Assembly: GCA_050950145.1 (NCBI GenBank)
Contig: JBMNHB010000001.1
Location: 364,820-428,819, forward strand
Source of the DNA: Candidatus Dojkabacteria bacterium
GTDB taxonomy: Bacteria; Patescibacteriota; Dojkabacteria; SC72
Reading direction: 5' to 3'
Length of the DNA stretch: 64,000 nucleotides
Shown: in pieces, positions 17,435 through 27,079 of the stretch
Numbering within the stretch: position 1 is the first letter of the stretch
Layout of the letters: every line of letters starts with the position of its first letter
The notes under the pieces: model-generated
The model's database searches: none
What the model was told of the DNA's origin: nothing
The model's input: the letters and a program-made list of their open reading frames with translations, nothing else
Translations under genes and position numbers: made by a program

Positions 17435-20400
17435 TTAAACTTCATTAAAATCCATTCCTTCTTTATACCCCACCTCATAATCACACTTTGGGCAATAGAA
17501 ATGTTCGCCTGCAATATATCCATGCTTAGGACAAACACTAAATGTCGGAGTAATTGAGAAGTAGGGGAGTTTATAATTGTCAGCAATCTTTCGTACTAGA
17601 TTTTTGACAGCTTCTGTAGAGGTTAACTGTTCCCCAATATATACATGCTGTACTGTACCACCTGTATAGAGGCACTGGAACTCATCCTGCTGATCTAATG
17701 CTTCAAATATATCATCTGTAAATCCTACAGCAATCTGAGAGCTATTTGTGTAGTATGGAGCAATATCTTGTCCCTTATGTTTCCCTATATCTGCTGCTGA
17801 GATAATATCATCCCCAAACCTCTTTTTATCAGCTTTTGCAAACTTGTAAGTAGCTCCTTCACCTGGTGTAGCTTCTAGATTAAATAACTCATTTGTTTTC
17901 TGTTGATATGTCATTAACCTTTCTCTCATATGATTCATAATCTCTAAACCAAATTTCCTTCCTTCCTTAGATGTAATATCTTTCTTCTCATCTTTAAAGA
18001 AGTTAATCAATGATTCATTTAATCCTAAAATACCGATTGTATTAAAATGATTCTTGTAATACTCACCAAATCGTTTCTTAATATCTGCTAGATAGAATTT
18101 AGAGTATGGGTATAATCCCTTTTCCATATATTTTTCCAAGAATTTCCTTTTAATCTGCAAACTCTTCTTAGCTAGATCCATCTGTTTATTAAGTCTTTTG
18201 AAGTAGTCTCTCTTGTTTTTAGCTTCATACCCAATTCTTGGAAGATTAATTGTTACAACACCAATACTACCTGTTAGTGGATTAGCACCAAAGAGACCAC
18301 CACCCCTTTTTCTCAACTCTCTGTTATCTAATCTTAATCTACAACACATACTTCTAGCATCATCAGGTTTCATATCAGAATTAATGAAGTTAGAGAAATA
18401 CGGTATCCCGTACTTTGCTGTCATCTTCCAGATTGGTTCATAATCTGGATTATCCCAATCAAAATCTTTAGTTAAGTTGTAGGTGGGAATAGGGTAGGAG
18501 AACAATCTTCCTTGTGCATCTCCTTCCATCATAATTTCACAAAATGCTTTGTTTATCATAACCATCTCCTTTTGGAAATCTTTGTATTTTTCTTTTTGAA
18601 TCTTACCTCCAATAATGACACCCTGTTGGGCAAGTTGACCACTAGGTATCAAATCCATCGTAATATTAGTAAACGGAGTATTACCAGTAACAAATACTTT
18701 ACCATTTCTTCTTGCAATAATGGTCTCGTTTTTAGTATGAGGGCACCAGATAACACCTTCGTAATTAATCTTCTTGACATTCTTAATATATGTCTCTTGA
18801 TGTTTAATAATTCTGATAACAAAAATATCCTTAGTTCCAATTGTAGGTTTTCTTACTAATACAGTAGAACCATATCCACAATTAGTAGCAATTATCTGTA
18901 ATTGATTAACAACCTCAATATCTGTTGTAACTATCTTATCTTCCTTCCAACCATCACCTTTCATATATGTTTCCAAGAAAAGGCGAGATTGTTCTTCATT
19001 TAGTTCTAATATAGAGTTTGGAATATGTTTTACACTATTATCAGAACTAAACCATTTATGTATAACTTTAGAACTCTCAGCATTTAGTCTTAATCCTACA
19101 ACTGGGTTACCTAAACCAATTGTTGTATGTTCAGAATATGTAAATTGAAAATGGTCTAATAGCTTCTTAATCTCGTTATAGTTTTTCCTATTTTTTACTT
19201 TTGACTGATAAATAGTAACTCTCTTACAACTTCTTGTTTTAACTCCTCTCTCAATACTACCTTCTGAGATAATCCATGCCATAAGAGCAATCTGCTCATC
19301 ACTCATGGATGACTTCTTATTACTATTCTTCCCAGAAAGAGGAATGATAAATGGAGATTTCAATGCCATAACTTCTTCAATGGGCTGTAGGATATACTTA
19401 TCACCATTGAAAAGCTTCCTAACAACTCTGTGATTAGGAGATATTAATTGATCTTGTATCCTGTTTTTAAGGTTAAACATATAACCCTTGTATTCTTTCT
19501 TAAAAACAGAAGTAACTGTTTGATTTTCAATCACTCCACTTTCCAAGTTAAATGTCTTTATCACAACTCCTTTCTCAATCTCCTCATATGACTTCCAGCC
19601 ATCAGGTGTTAAAATCTCTGTATCCTCTGACACACACTGGCAGCCCACCCTCGTAGGAACATTCATATTGTAAAGAAATTCCTGCATCTTCTGTTTAACC
19701 TCTTTGTATGAAAGTTTGTCATATCTTACAAATGGAGCAAGAAATGTATCAAAACTTGAAAATGCCTGAGCTCCAGCAGCCTCATGTTGAAGAGTGTAAA
19801 AATAGTTAACACACTGTCCCAATGCAGCACTAAAATGCTTGGCAGGTGAGGATGAAATCTTACCTGGCACGCCAGTAAAACCTTTTAACAAAAGATCTTC
19901 TAAACTCCACCCACAACAATATGTAGCCAACATCCCTAAATCATGAATATGATAATCTTTGTTAATATTTCCAATAGAAATCTCTTTAGGATATATACTA
20001 TGTAACCAATAATTAGATTGAACTGTAGTAGAAATATAGTTATTTAATCCTTGCCAGGAGTATGCCATATTACTATTTTCATTAACCTGCCAGTCCAGCT
20101 TATCAATGTAATCTTTTACAAGGGTATTTGCATCTATTAACGACTTAATGTTCTTAACTTGATGCTTAAGATCTATAAATAAATCGTATGCTATGGAAGT
20201 TTTAGTATGTCCCATATCTATGAGGGTTTGCGAAACAATCTCCGCGATATTCTTTGTACTTACAATATCTTTATTCGCATATTTCTTTTTTAATCTCTCT
20301 ACAGCTTCATTTGCAATTTCTTCTGCTCTGCGCTTGTCCTTTCCCCCCACACTCTTTGCAGATTTGTATATCCCTCTTACAATCAGATCTTTTTTAAACG

Positions 20401-20476
20401 ACACAATCCTACCGTCTCTTTTTTTTACCTTAAACATCTTGAATCTAGTCTTTTGAGCAGGTTTTTTGGCAGTCAT
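17435..20476 (-). CDS. nrdD: Class III ribonucleoside-triphosphate reductase (ATP-cone, intein-containing, lacks C-terminal glycyl domain)
   Basis: ATP cone VKKRDG, HIHDL, SMCCRL finger-loop Cys, EATPGE, CPKH...CPKC Zn site. Confidence 0.96.
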   Translation of the reverse strand: MTAKKPAQKTRFKMFKVKKRDGRIVSFKKDLIVRGIYKSAKSVGGKDKRRAEEIANEAVERLKKKYANKDIVSTKNIAEIVSQTLIDMGHTKTSIAYDLFIDLKHQVKNIKSLIDANTLVKDYIDKLDWQVNENSNMAYSWQGLNNYISTTVQSNYWLHSIYPKEISIGNINKDYHIHDLGMLATYCCGWSLEDLLLKGFTGVPGKISSSPAKHFSAALGQCVNYFYTLQHEAAGAQAFSSFDTFLAPFVRYDKLSYKEVKQKMQEFLYNMNVPTRVGCQCVSEDTEILTPDGWKSYEEIEKGVVIKTFNLESGVIENQTVTSVFKKEYKGYMFNLKNRIQDQLISPNHRVVRKLFNGDKYILQPIEEVMALKSPFIIPLSGKNSNKKSSMSDEQIALMAWIISEGSIERGVKTRSCKRVTIYQSKVKNRKNYNEIKKLLDHFQFTYSEHTTIGLGNPVVGLRLNAESSKVIHKWFSSDNSVKHIPNSILELNEEQSRLFLETYMKGDGWKEDKIVTTDIEVVNQLQIIATNCGYGSTVLVRKPTIGTKDIFVIRIIKHQETYIKNVKKINYEGVIWCPHTKNETIIARRNGKVFVTGNTPFTNITMDLIPSGQLAQQGVIIGGKIQKEKYKDFQKEMVMINKAFCEIMMEGDAQGRLFSYPIPTYNLTKDFDWDNPDYEPIWKMTAKYGIPYFSNFINSDMKPDDARSMCCRLRLDNRELRKRGGGLFGANPLTGSIGVVTINLPRIGYEAKNKRDYFKRLNKQMDLAKKSLQIKRKFLEKYMEKGLYPYSKFYLADIKKRFGEYYKNHFNTIGILGLNESLINFFKDEKKDITSKEGRKFGLEIMNHMRERLMTYQQKTNELFNLEATPGEGATYKFAKADKKRFGDDIISAADIGKHKGQDIAPYYTNSSQIAVGFTDDIFEALDQQDEFQCLYTGGTVQHVYIGEQLTSTEAVKNLVRKIADNYKLPYFSITPTFSVCPKHGYIAGEHFYCPKCDYEVGYKEGMDFNEV
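18680..19636 (-). mobile_element. Intein (319 aa) with LAGLIDADG-type homing endonuclease domain in nrdD
   Basis: Splice junctions GCQ|CVSEDTEILT ... VFVTGN|TPF; block B SPNHR; LAGLIDADG-like blocks MAWIISEG and FLETYMKGDG. Confidence 0.93.
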
Positions 20477-20493
20477 TTTCTTTTTTTCTTAAT

Positions 20494-20940
20494 TTAATTT
20501 TCTAAATTCTTAATTTCTTCTTTAATATCTTCTAAAGTTTCAAATTCTTTGTATACAGAAGCAAATCGTATATATGCTAAAGTATCTCTCTCTTTTAACC
20601 ATTCAAGGGTTTTTAGTCCTATCTCTTTTGTAGTAACAGGCTCTTCACTATTTAAGACATACCTCTCTATCTCTTCTGCAAAATCCTCAATATCATTTTC
20701 TAACACTGTTTTATCATTTAGAGCTTTTTTAATACCCTTAATTATCTTCTGTATATCAAATTTTTCTAAAGAACCATCTTTTTTTAACACACTTACATCT
20801 AAACTTTCCATTCGTTCATATGTAGTAAACCTTTTTCCACATCTAAGACACTGTCTCCTTCTTCTTGTAGAACTATCCTCATTATTATCTCTCTTGTCTA
20901 CAACTTTAGTAATATTACATTCACAAAACGGACATTTCAT
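20494..20940 (-). CDS. nrdR: Transcriptional repressor NrdR
   Basis: MKCPFC, RRRRQC..C..RFTTYE, ATP cone, AYIRFASVY. Confidence 0.97.
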   Translation of the reverse strand: MKCPFCECNITKVVDKRDNNEDSSTRRRRQCLRCGKRFTTYERMESLDVSVLKKDGSLEKFDIQKIIKGIKKALNDKTVLENDIEDFAEEIERYVLNSEEPVTTKEIGLKTLEWLKERDTLAYIRFASVYKEFETLEDIKEEIKNLEN

Positions 20941-20949
20941 AACCTTACA

Positions 20950-20997
20950 GTACAATATATTGTGTTGTGTTAAAAACCATACCCCAATAGGTTGTGG
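20950..20997. promoter_or_regulatory. Tandem NrdR boxes
   Basis: GTACAATATATTGTGT (20950-20965) and CCCCAATAGGTTGTGG (20982-20997), 32 bp apart, resembling consensus acaCwAtATaTwGtgt, directly upstream of nrdR-nrdD. Confidence 0.8.
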
Positions 20998-21161
20998 TGG
21001 TCAATATCTCATAGTTTGATAATTTTAAGTAAATTTTAGTTATATCCCTCTAATCTAAGAGAAAGTTTTAAAAAGAAAAACACTACAAGTCTCATTATGA
21101 AATTTTTGACAATTTAGAGTAGGATAGGTAAAATGTCTAATTAAGTTGTGAATATTTCAAT

Positions 21162-21650
21162 ATGATTGTACCCCTAGAAGATTTCCCTAAGTTAAGAGAA
21201 AAGAAGTTAAAAGGAAAGAAGATTGTTTGTACGTCTGGTTTCTTTGATCCTATACACCCAGGTCATGCTTCTTGTTTGTATGAGTCAAAGAAATTTGGTG
21301 ATGTACTTGTTGTTATTGTAGACGGTGATCAGAGAGCTGTTACAAAAAAAGGTAAATCATTTATGTCAGAGTTAGATAGAGCTAGAGTTGTTGATTATAT
21401 TAAAGGTGTTGATTATGTTGTGATATATAACAGTACTACTAGAAATGATTGTGTTGAAGCTGTAGAGATAATTAAGCCAGATGTTTTTACAAAGGGAGGA
21501 GATAGGACATCAAGGGAGAATATTCCGGAGTATGATACGATAGAAAAGAATGGTGGAAGAATTGAGTTTAATGTAGGAGATCCTAAAATGTGGTCTAGTT
21601 CTAACTACCTACAAGAATGGGTTGATTTTGTAAACTCACAACAGGCCTGA
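21162..21650 (+). CDS. Cytidylyl/adenylyltransferase family protein (RfaE/TagD-like)
   Basis: SGFFDPIHPGH (HxGH), KPDVFTKGGD, SSS. Confidence 0.9.
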   Translation: MIVPLEDFPKLREKKLKGKKIVCTSGFFDPIHPGHASCLYESKKFGDVLVVIVDGDQRAVTKKGKSFMSELDRARVVDYIKGVDYVVIYNSTTRNDCVEAVEIIKPDVFTKGGDRTSRENIPEYDTIEKNGGRIEFNVGDPKMWSSSNYLQEWVDFVNSQQA

Positions 21651-21849
21651 CCTAGGTCTGACCTTCGTTCATAACTTTTTGAAGGTTCAAAATCTTTACT
21701 TCTGATATACCTTTTTTGAGGTGTCTGTTTCTGTGTCTGTACTTGTAACATGTATATTCTACCAAAGCCGAGGGCTAGGAGACCTTTTGTGGAATGCATA
21801 ATCCTTAAGATTAAAATTTTCTTAACGCGGGGCAGACCTAGACCAGACC
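21644..21849 (-). ncRNA. Structured ~205-nt RNA, candidate 6S RNA
   Basis: 17-bp terminal helix GGTCTGGTCTAGGTCTG/CAGACCTAGGTCAGGCC, fully paired with G-U only on minus strand; internal TTTTGAA-CC-TTCAAAA hairpin; size fits 6S. Confidence 0.5.
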
Positions 21850-21850
21850 A

Positions 21851-22774
21851 CTAAGATTGTTTGAGATACATATATACGGAGTTTGCAGCTACTGCACCTT
21901 CACTTGCAGCTGTTACAACCTGTTTTAGATAGTTTGAGTTTGTAGTACAATCTCCGGCTGCCCATATACCTTCCATACTTGTTTTCTGTTCATCATCAAC
22001 GATGACATAGCTATGATCATCTATTTTAATACCCATTTTTAATGGTAATACAATATTTGGTTCAGACCCTATCTCTACAAAGATACCATCTAATTTAAGG
22101 CTCTCAGAGCCATTGTAAGGCTTAGAAAGTTTAACTCCTTCTAGTTTTCCATTACCATAAAGCTCTGTTAAGAGTGTTTGATAGATGATTTCAATATTCT
22201 CTTTCTCTTTAGCTTGAGAAGCCCATGTAGGTTCTCCTCTTAATTCAGTACCTCTGTAGATGATATATACATTCTTAGCGATATCAGAGAGCATTACAGC
22301 AGCCATTGTAGCAGCACTACTACCCCCAATTACTCCAACTGTTTTACCTTTGTAAAACATACCATCACATGTAGCACAGTATGATACTCCTTTTCCTAGG
22401 TATTTATCTTCACCAGGTATAGCTAGTTTATTCCTATCTGTACCTGTAGCTAATATTACTGTTTTAGCTTCGTATACCTTTTCATTATCAGAAGTTAATT
22501 TGAATATATCACCATCTTTTTGTATATCAACAATACTTTCATTAACTATCTCTCCACCTTCCTTTTTAGCATGGTTATACATCTTCATACCTAATTCCAT
22601 ACCAGTAATTTCTTCATATCCGGGATAGTTACATATTTTATGTCCTTCTGTAATAGTACCACCAGGTGTTTTACCAAATACAATATTTTTTAGTTTGTAT
22701 CTACTTGAATATATACTTGCACTTAGTCCTGCTGGTCCTGTTCCGATTATGGCTATATCATAGGTTTCTTTCAT
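21851..22774 (-). CDS. trxB: Thioredoxin reductase
   Basis: GTGPAGLSA, GVSYCATCDG, WAAGD; start at MKETYD. Confidence 0.92.
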   Translation of the reverse strand: MKETYDIAIIGTGPAGLSASIYSSRYKLKNIVFGKTPGGTITEGHKICNYPGYEEITGMELGMKMYNHAKKEGGEIVNESIVDIQKDGDIFKLTSDNEKVYEAKTVILATGTDRNKLAIPGEDKYLGKGVSYCATCDGMFYKGKTVGVIGGSSAATMAAVMLSDIAKNVYIIYRGTELRGEPTWASQAKEKENIEIIYQTLLTELYGNGKLEGVKLSKPYNGSESLKLDGIFVEIGSEPNIVLPLKMGIKIDDHSYVIVDDEQKTSMEGIWAAGDCTTNSNYLKQVVTAASEGAVAANSVYMYLKQS

Positions 22775-22918
22775 TTTTATATATTTTAAATACAACTTAG
22801 ACAGATGTATTTTAGCATAGATATGAATATGAATGTGTAAAAAGATTTGGAGAGGAACCGTACACACATGTAAAATGTTGAGCATTAAAGCTCTAGTGTA
22901 CGGTCCTTCCAAAAAGGT

Positions 22919-23383
22919 CTAATTTTTGAAGAATTTGGAACCCGTAAGGGTCCAGATTTGAACATCTTCCCCGTTAAGGGAAGCTTTCTCTTGGGAAAGA
23001 TCCCAAGAAACGACTGAATCTCCCATTCCAGAGCAATTTTGCTCCGAAATGTAGATAGTTCCCTTTTCTGCAAAAGAGTACGGGTGAGAGGTTTGTTCTT
23101 CCCAATGACAAATTTCTTCGTCATTGAGAACAAAGGAGAGACGGAACAGGTTTGTCCCGTAAACATTCTTTAATAATATGTAATTTCCCGAGGGATATAT
23201 CGGACTAGGAGTTGTTACAATAAATTCCTCCGTTGGAGGATATTCTACCTCCCCCGATTCCTTTGCCTTGAGAACATAAAAATTCTCAGGTAAGGACGAA
23301 TCCTCTATACCCGGAGCGTCTGCACAAGCAGACAAAAAAAACAAAGCAACTACTATAACAATCACCAATATATTCTTTTTCAT
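22919..23383 (-). CDS. Orphan lipoprotein
   Basis: Signal peptide with lipobox LSAC; strong SD GGAG upstream. Confidence 0.75.
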   Translation of the reverse strand: MKKNILVIVIVVALFFLSACADAPGIEDSSLPENFYVLKAKESGEVEYPPTEEFIVTTPSPIYPSGNYILLKNVYGTNLFRLSFVLNDEEICHWEEQTSHPYSFAEKGTIYISEQNCSGMGDSVVSWDLSQEKASLNGEDVQIWTLTGSKFFKN

Positions 23384-23580
23384 CTTAATCTCCTTCCCCT
23401 AAAAAGGGGTTGTTTTTTTTATTTTTATTTCGCTTAATAACAGCAAACAGACATCTAAACAAATAAATGCCTATGTGCTGTTATTAAACTTAGGAGAACG
23501 ATTAGACCTTTTTTAATGAGCAGTTTAGGATCTTCTATAATCCTATAGTATTATACCATAAAATAAGTGAAAAAGGCAAT

Positions 23581-24348
23581 CTAGGGTTTCTCTACTCCCC
23601 AATCAAGAGTATTAGTAAGTATAGTAGGGGAATCCTTTCTAACAATAACCATATATTCAAACATAACAGCATTACCACCATTAACAGTTCTAGCACTCCA
23701 ACCATCCTCATCTACAACAACATCATCAATATCATCTACAACCTGACACTCAATACAGATAACCATACCGTCCTCTAGAAGGGAACCTGTACCTTTCTCT
23801 CCAAAAGCAGGGATCTCTGGATCTTCATGTAAACCTTTTCCAACTCCATGTCCAACATAGATACTTAATGTATTAAAACCATTTCTTTTAGCTTCATTCT
23901 CCATCTCATAACCTAAATCACCTGTTCTGTTACCTACCACAGCTTTTGGAAGAGCATTTTCAACTGCTTTTCTACCAGCAAGTAGTAATTTCATCTTCTC
24001 TTCATCTGCCTTACCCACACACCATGTCCAACAATGATCTGTATACATCCCTTTATATACAATACCAAAATCAATAGATACTAAATCACCTTTTTTAAGT
24101 GGAATATCCTTAGGAATACCATGTACAGCTACATCATTAACAGATATACATGTGTTATGGTAATAGTCTTTAACCCTCTTAAAACTAGGATGTACCATAT
24201 ACTCCCTACAAAGCTCTCCAGCATATTCATCAATCTCAAGAGGTGTTACTCCCTCCTTAATCATATCTCCAAGCTTAGAGAGTATCTCTACTGATATCTT
24301 AGCTGCTTCTGTAATTAAATTTTCTTCTCTATTGTTTTGTATTATCAT
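23581..24348 (-). CDS. map: Methionine aminopeptidase type I
   Basis: CISVND.AVHGIP, IDFG, YTD, GHGVG..LHE, FE metal-binding motifs. Confidence 0.95.
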   Translation of the reverse strand: MIIQNNREENLITEAAKISVEILSKLGDMIKEGVTPLEIDEYAGELCREYMVHPSFKRVKDYYHNTCISVNDVAVHGIPKDIPLKKGDLVSIDFGIVYKGMYTDHCWTWCVGKADEEKMKLLLAGRKAVENALPKAVVGNRTGDLGYEMENEAKRNGFNTLSIYVGHGVGKGLHEDPEIPAFGEKGTGSLLEDGMVICIECQVVDDIDDVVVDEDGWSARTVNGGNAVMFEYMVIVRKDSPTILTNTLDWGVEKP

Positions 24349-24436
24349 GTTTTTATTATATTACGAATACCTTACATATTCCAATCTTTCCTTTACATTT
24401 AATCTATATTTCATATTTACAGAGTAATCTGTAGGT

Positions 24437-24907
24437 ATGAGAAAGAAAAATTTTCTAAATACTCCCATACACAGAAGAATTGGTTTAACAAAGAAAGAAT
24501 ATGAGGATAACAATATTCTTAGGGTACATGAAAGAAATTTTGTAAAAAGGTTTACAGAAAGAGGAGAAGATATTAAATGGATAAAGAGAGATAGTCTTGT
24601 AGATACTAAAACAGGAGGATATTACCCAACCAATGATTTTGTTTGGAACAAACGAGAATGGGAATTAAAAAGCATATTAAAAAAGAATTTTTCAGAAGGA
24701 ACTATTATTAAAAGGATTAACGAGTCAGTAGATAAAGGAAAAAGAAATATATTTTTAGATCTAGGAAACAATATTCTTCAAGAAAAACTCTTAAAACGAC
24801 TATGTGAGTATAATTCTTCGCGTATTAAAAACAGGTCAAAAAGAAGATATGTTGAGAATATAGTTGTTTATGATAGAAATGGACTATACAAGATTGTACT
24901 TAAATAG
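24437..24907 (+). CDS. Stand-alone PD-(D/E)XK nuclease resembling CdiA C-terminal tRNase toxin domain
   Basis: HE-x-F, PTNDFVWN..EWELKS, I..S..KG..NIFLDL pattern typical of CdiA_C-like domains; very basic; no signal peptide. Confidence 0.6.
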   Translation: MRKKNFLNTPIHRRIGLTKKEYEDNNILRVHERNFVKRFTERGEDIKWIKRDSLVDTKTGGYYPTNDFVWNKREWELKSILKKNFSEGTIIKRINESVDKGKRNIFLDLGNNILQEKLLKRLCEYNSSRIKNRSKRRYVENIVVYDRNGLYKIVLK

Positions 24908-24980
24908 CAAGCAGGGCGTCTACCTCCGCCTTGTGTATATTATTTCAATACAGCAGAGGGTGCTACCCTGCTTCCTGCCC
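24907..24980 (-). ncRNA. Candidate small structured RNA convergent with the nuclease gene
   Basis: Minus strand hairpin AAGCAGGGT/GCCCTGCTT, CCTCTGC/GCGGAGG, TGTAT/ATACA; TGaTATAAT at 24992-24984 immediately upstream. Confidence 0.5.
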
Positions 24981-25009
24981 ATTATTATATCAAAAAACAG
25001 ATGGAAATA

Positions 25010-26179
25010 CTAATCCCCAATAATATATAATTCATTAACAGCTCTAGTTACTCCTGTATACAACCATCTTCTCCACATATCATCATCCATTTTAGAAAAT
25101 CTCTCTTCAAAAAGTATAACCTTCTCAGCTTGACTACCCTGTGCCTTATGTACAGTTAAAGCATAACCAAAATCAAAAAGATTAATATCTCTACTAACAT
25201 TCCTTAATGTCTCTCTCTTTCTAAACTGTTCAATTGATATAGGGAGATGGAAGACTTCATCCTCACCATCAAAAACAATATCTGCTTGGTAATATTCCAA
25301 CATATCAGCTACAGACACCTTCTCAATTGATTGTATTGTACCAATCATACCGTTAAATATACCTAACTCTGCATTATTTCTTAAACATATAAGTCTATCT
25401 TCTATCTGAGGTTGAGGAGATTCAAATTCAAGAAGTTGTCTAATCCCATCATTAATCTTGTTTCTAGTATGATTGTATCCGACTAAAACCATCATATTCT
25501 CGTTGTATGATGATAGTTGATCTGTAAGAAATTCCATAACATCCTCATCCTCTCTAGAGAACTTCTTTACATACCTCCCATACTCCATCTTAGGAATCTC
25601 ACCATACTTCCTTGCCATCTCTGAAATCACAACAATCGGATTATCCTTCTCCTGTCTATATATCTCTTCTAATCTCAACATTGGTTTTAACATAAGATTA
25701 AACTTACCTTCCACAGGAGGTAATTGTCCATGATCTCCAACAGCTAATATTGGTTTCTCAAAAGAAAGTAAATCTTGCCAAATGTCACTAGATACCATAG
25801 ACGCCTCATCTACAATGATTAAATCATATTCAAAATCATCTACAGATATCTTCTCCCAACCAATAATATTATCATCTTCATCTACAATTGCTTTGTATAT
25901 TAACCTATGAATAGTTCCAACATAGTCTGAACGTTTTAATGAACCAGTTTCTTGAAGTTTCTTTCTTAATACCTGAGAAGCTTTACCTGTATATGAACAA
26001 TATGCAATACTAATACCTTTGTACTCCCTATGAAGTTTTTCATTAAGATATCCAAGGATTGTAGTCTTCCCTGTACCAGCATAACCACCTAGAGTAAGAT
26101 ATGGAATCTTTTTCTCCTTGTACCAACCTAAAATATCTTTGATAATATTCTTTTGTTTTACAGAAAGTTCAAAATCCAT
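25010..26179 (-). CDS. SF1B RecD/Dda-like DNA helicase
   Basis: GYAGTGKT, VDEASM, GDHGQLPP, YALTVHKAQGS, LYTGVTRA. Confidence 0.92.
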   Translation of the reverse strand: MDFELSVKQKNIIKDILGWYKEKKIPYLTLGGYAGTGKTTILGYLNEKLHREYKGISIAYCSYTGKASQVLRKKLQETGSLKRSDYVGTIHRLIYKAIVDEDDNIIGWEKISVDDFEYDLIIVDEASMVSSDIWQDLLSFEKPILAVGDHGQLPPVEGKFNLMLKPMLRLEEIYRQEKDNPIVVISEMARKYGEIPKMEYGRYVKKFSREDEDVMEFLTDQLSSYNENMMVLVGYNHTRNKINDGIRQLLEFESPQPQIEDRLICLRNNAELGIFNGMIGTIQSIEKVSVADMLEYYQADIVFDGEDEVFHLPISIEQFRKRETLRNVSRDINLFDFGYALTVHKAQGSQAEKVILFEERFSKMDDDMWRRWLYTGVTRAVNELYIIGD

Positions 26180-26236
26180 ACCATGAGTATACATTAACTA
26201 TTGTTTTCTAACCACACTATTGGTATTCTGTAGAGT

Positions 26237-26989
26237 ATGAATGATAACTTTCTCTTTTTTGATACAGAGACAACAGATGTACAAAGTAAAGACATTATTC
26301 AACTAGCCTTTGTTACTAGTGATGGAAAAGAATTTAATGAATATTTCAAACCAGAACAAGAAATGTCTTTTGGTGCTATGGCAATTCATCATATTACACC
26401 AGAGTTTCTAGAAGACAAACCACCGTTTAAATCAAAAATGATGCAAGATAGTTCATCAATGACTCTTTTTTCAGAAATACCTCTTAAAGATTATCTTAAT
26501 GACTTGGCAAAGGAGTACATCTGGGTTGCACATAATGCAGAATTTGATATGGATGTTTTGAAAAAGAAAGGAGTAAATATTCCTAGATATATATGTACGC
26601 TCAAAGTTGCAAGAAATATGTTAAGTGAAGATGAAGGAAAGAGAGATTTAGAGAGTTATTCATTACAATACCTCAGATACTATTTAGGTCTTTACAAAAA
26701 AGAAAATGAAAAGGGAGAGATTATTGCTCATGATGCAATGGGAGACGTACTTGTTCTTAGAAATCTATTTGAATTTCTAAAAAATAACTCCTCTCTTAGC
26801 ACTGAAAATATGATGGTTATCTCCAAAGAACCCCAATTTATACGAACTATTAATTTTGGTAAATATGCTGGATATTCTCTTGAAGAGTTAGTAAAGATAG
26901 ATAGAGAATATTTAGAATGGTTAGTAGAGAATGCTAATGACAAGAAAGATTTAGTATACAATGTGGACAGAGTATTAAGTTTAGGGTAA
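26237..26989 (+). CDS. DEDDh 3'-5' exonuclease (ExoX-like) with C-terminal FGKY domain
   Basis: FDTETT, AHNAEFD, AHDAMGD, INFGKY...YLEW. Confidence 0.9.
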   Translation: MNDNFLFFDTETTDVQSKDIIQLAFVTSDGKEFNEYFKPEQEMSFGAMAIHHITPEFLEDKPPFKSKMMQDSSSMTLFSEIPLKDYLNDLAKEYIWVAHNAEFDMDVLKKKGVNIPRYICTLKVARNMLSEDEGKRDLESYSLQYLRYYLGLYKKENEKGEIIAHDAMGDVLVLRNLFEFLKNNSSLSTENMMVISKEPQFIRTINFGKYAGYSLEELVKIDREYLEWLVENANDKKDLVYNVDRVLSLG

Positions 26990-27079
26990 TATATTTTAAT
27001 GAAATCAACTGCCTGTTTTCCAGAAAGTAAAAGATATTTAAATACAACAGGGTTGAATTTAAAATATTACAAAAAATTA

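Noticed and set aside
21644-21849. RNase P RNA or tmRNA
   Set aside because: No GAGGAAAGUCC/CR-V motifs and no tRNA-like ends on either strand.
22775-22912. N-terminal extension of trxB
   Set aside because: Runs through a hairpin and low-complexity DNA; homology begins at MKETYD.
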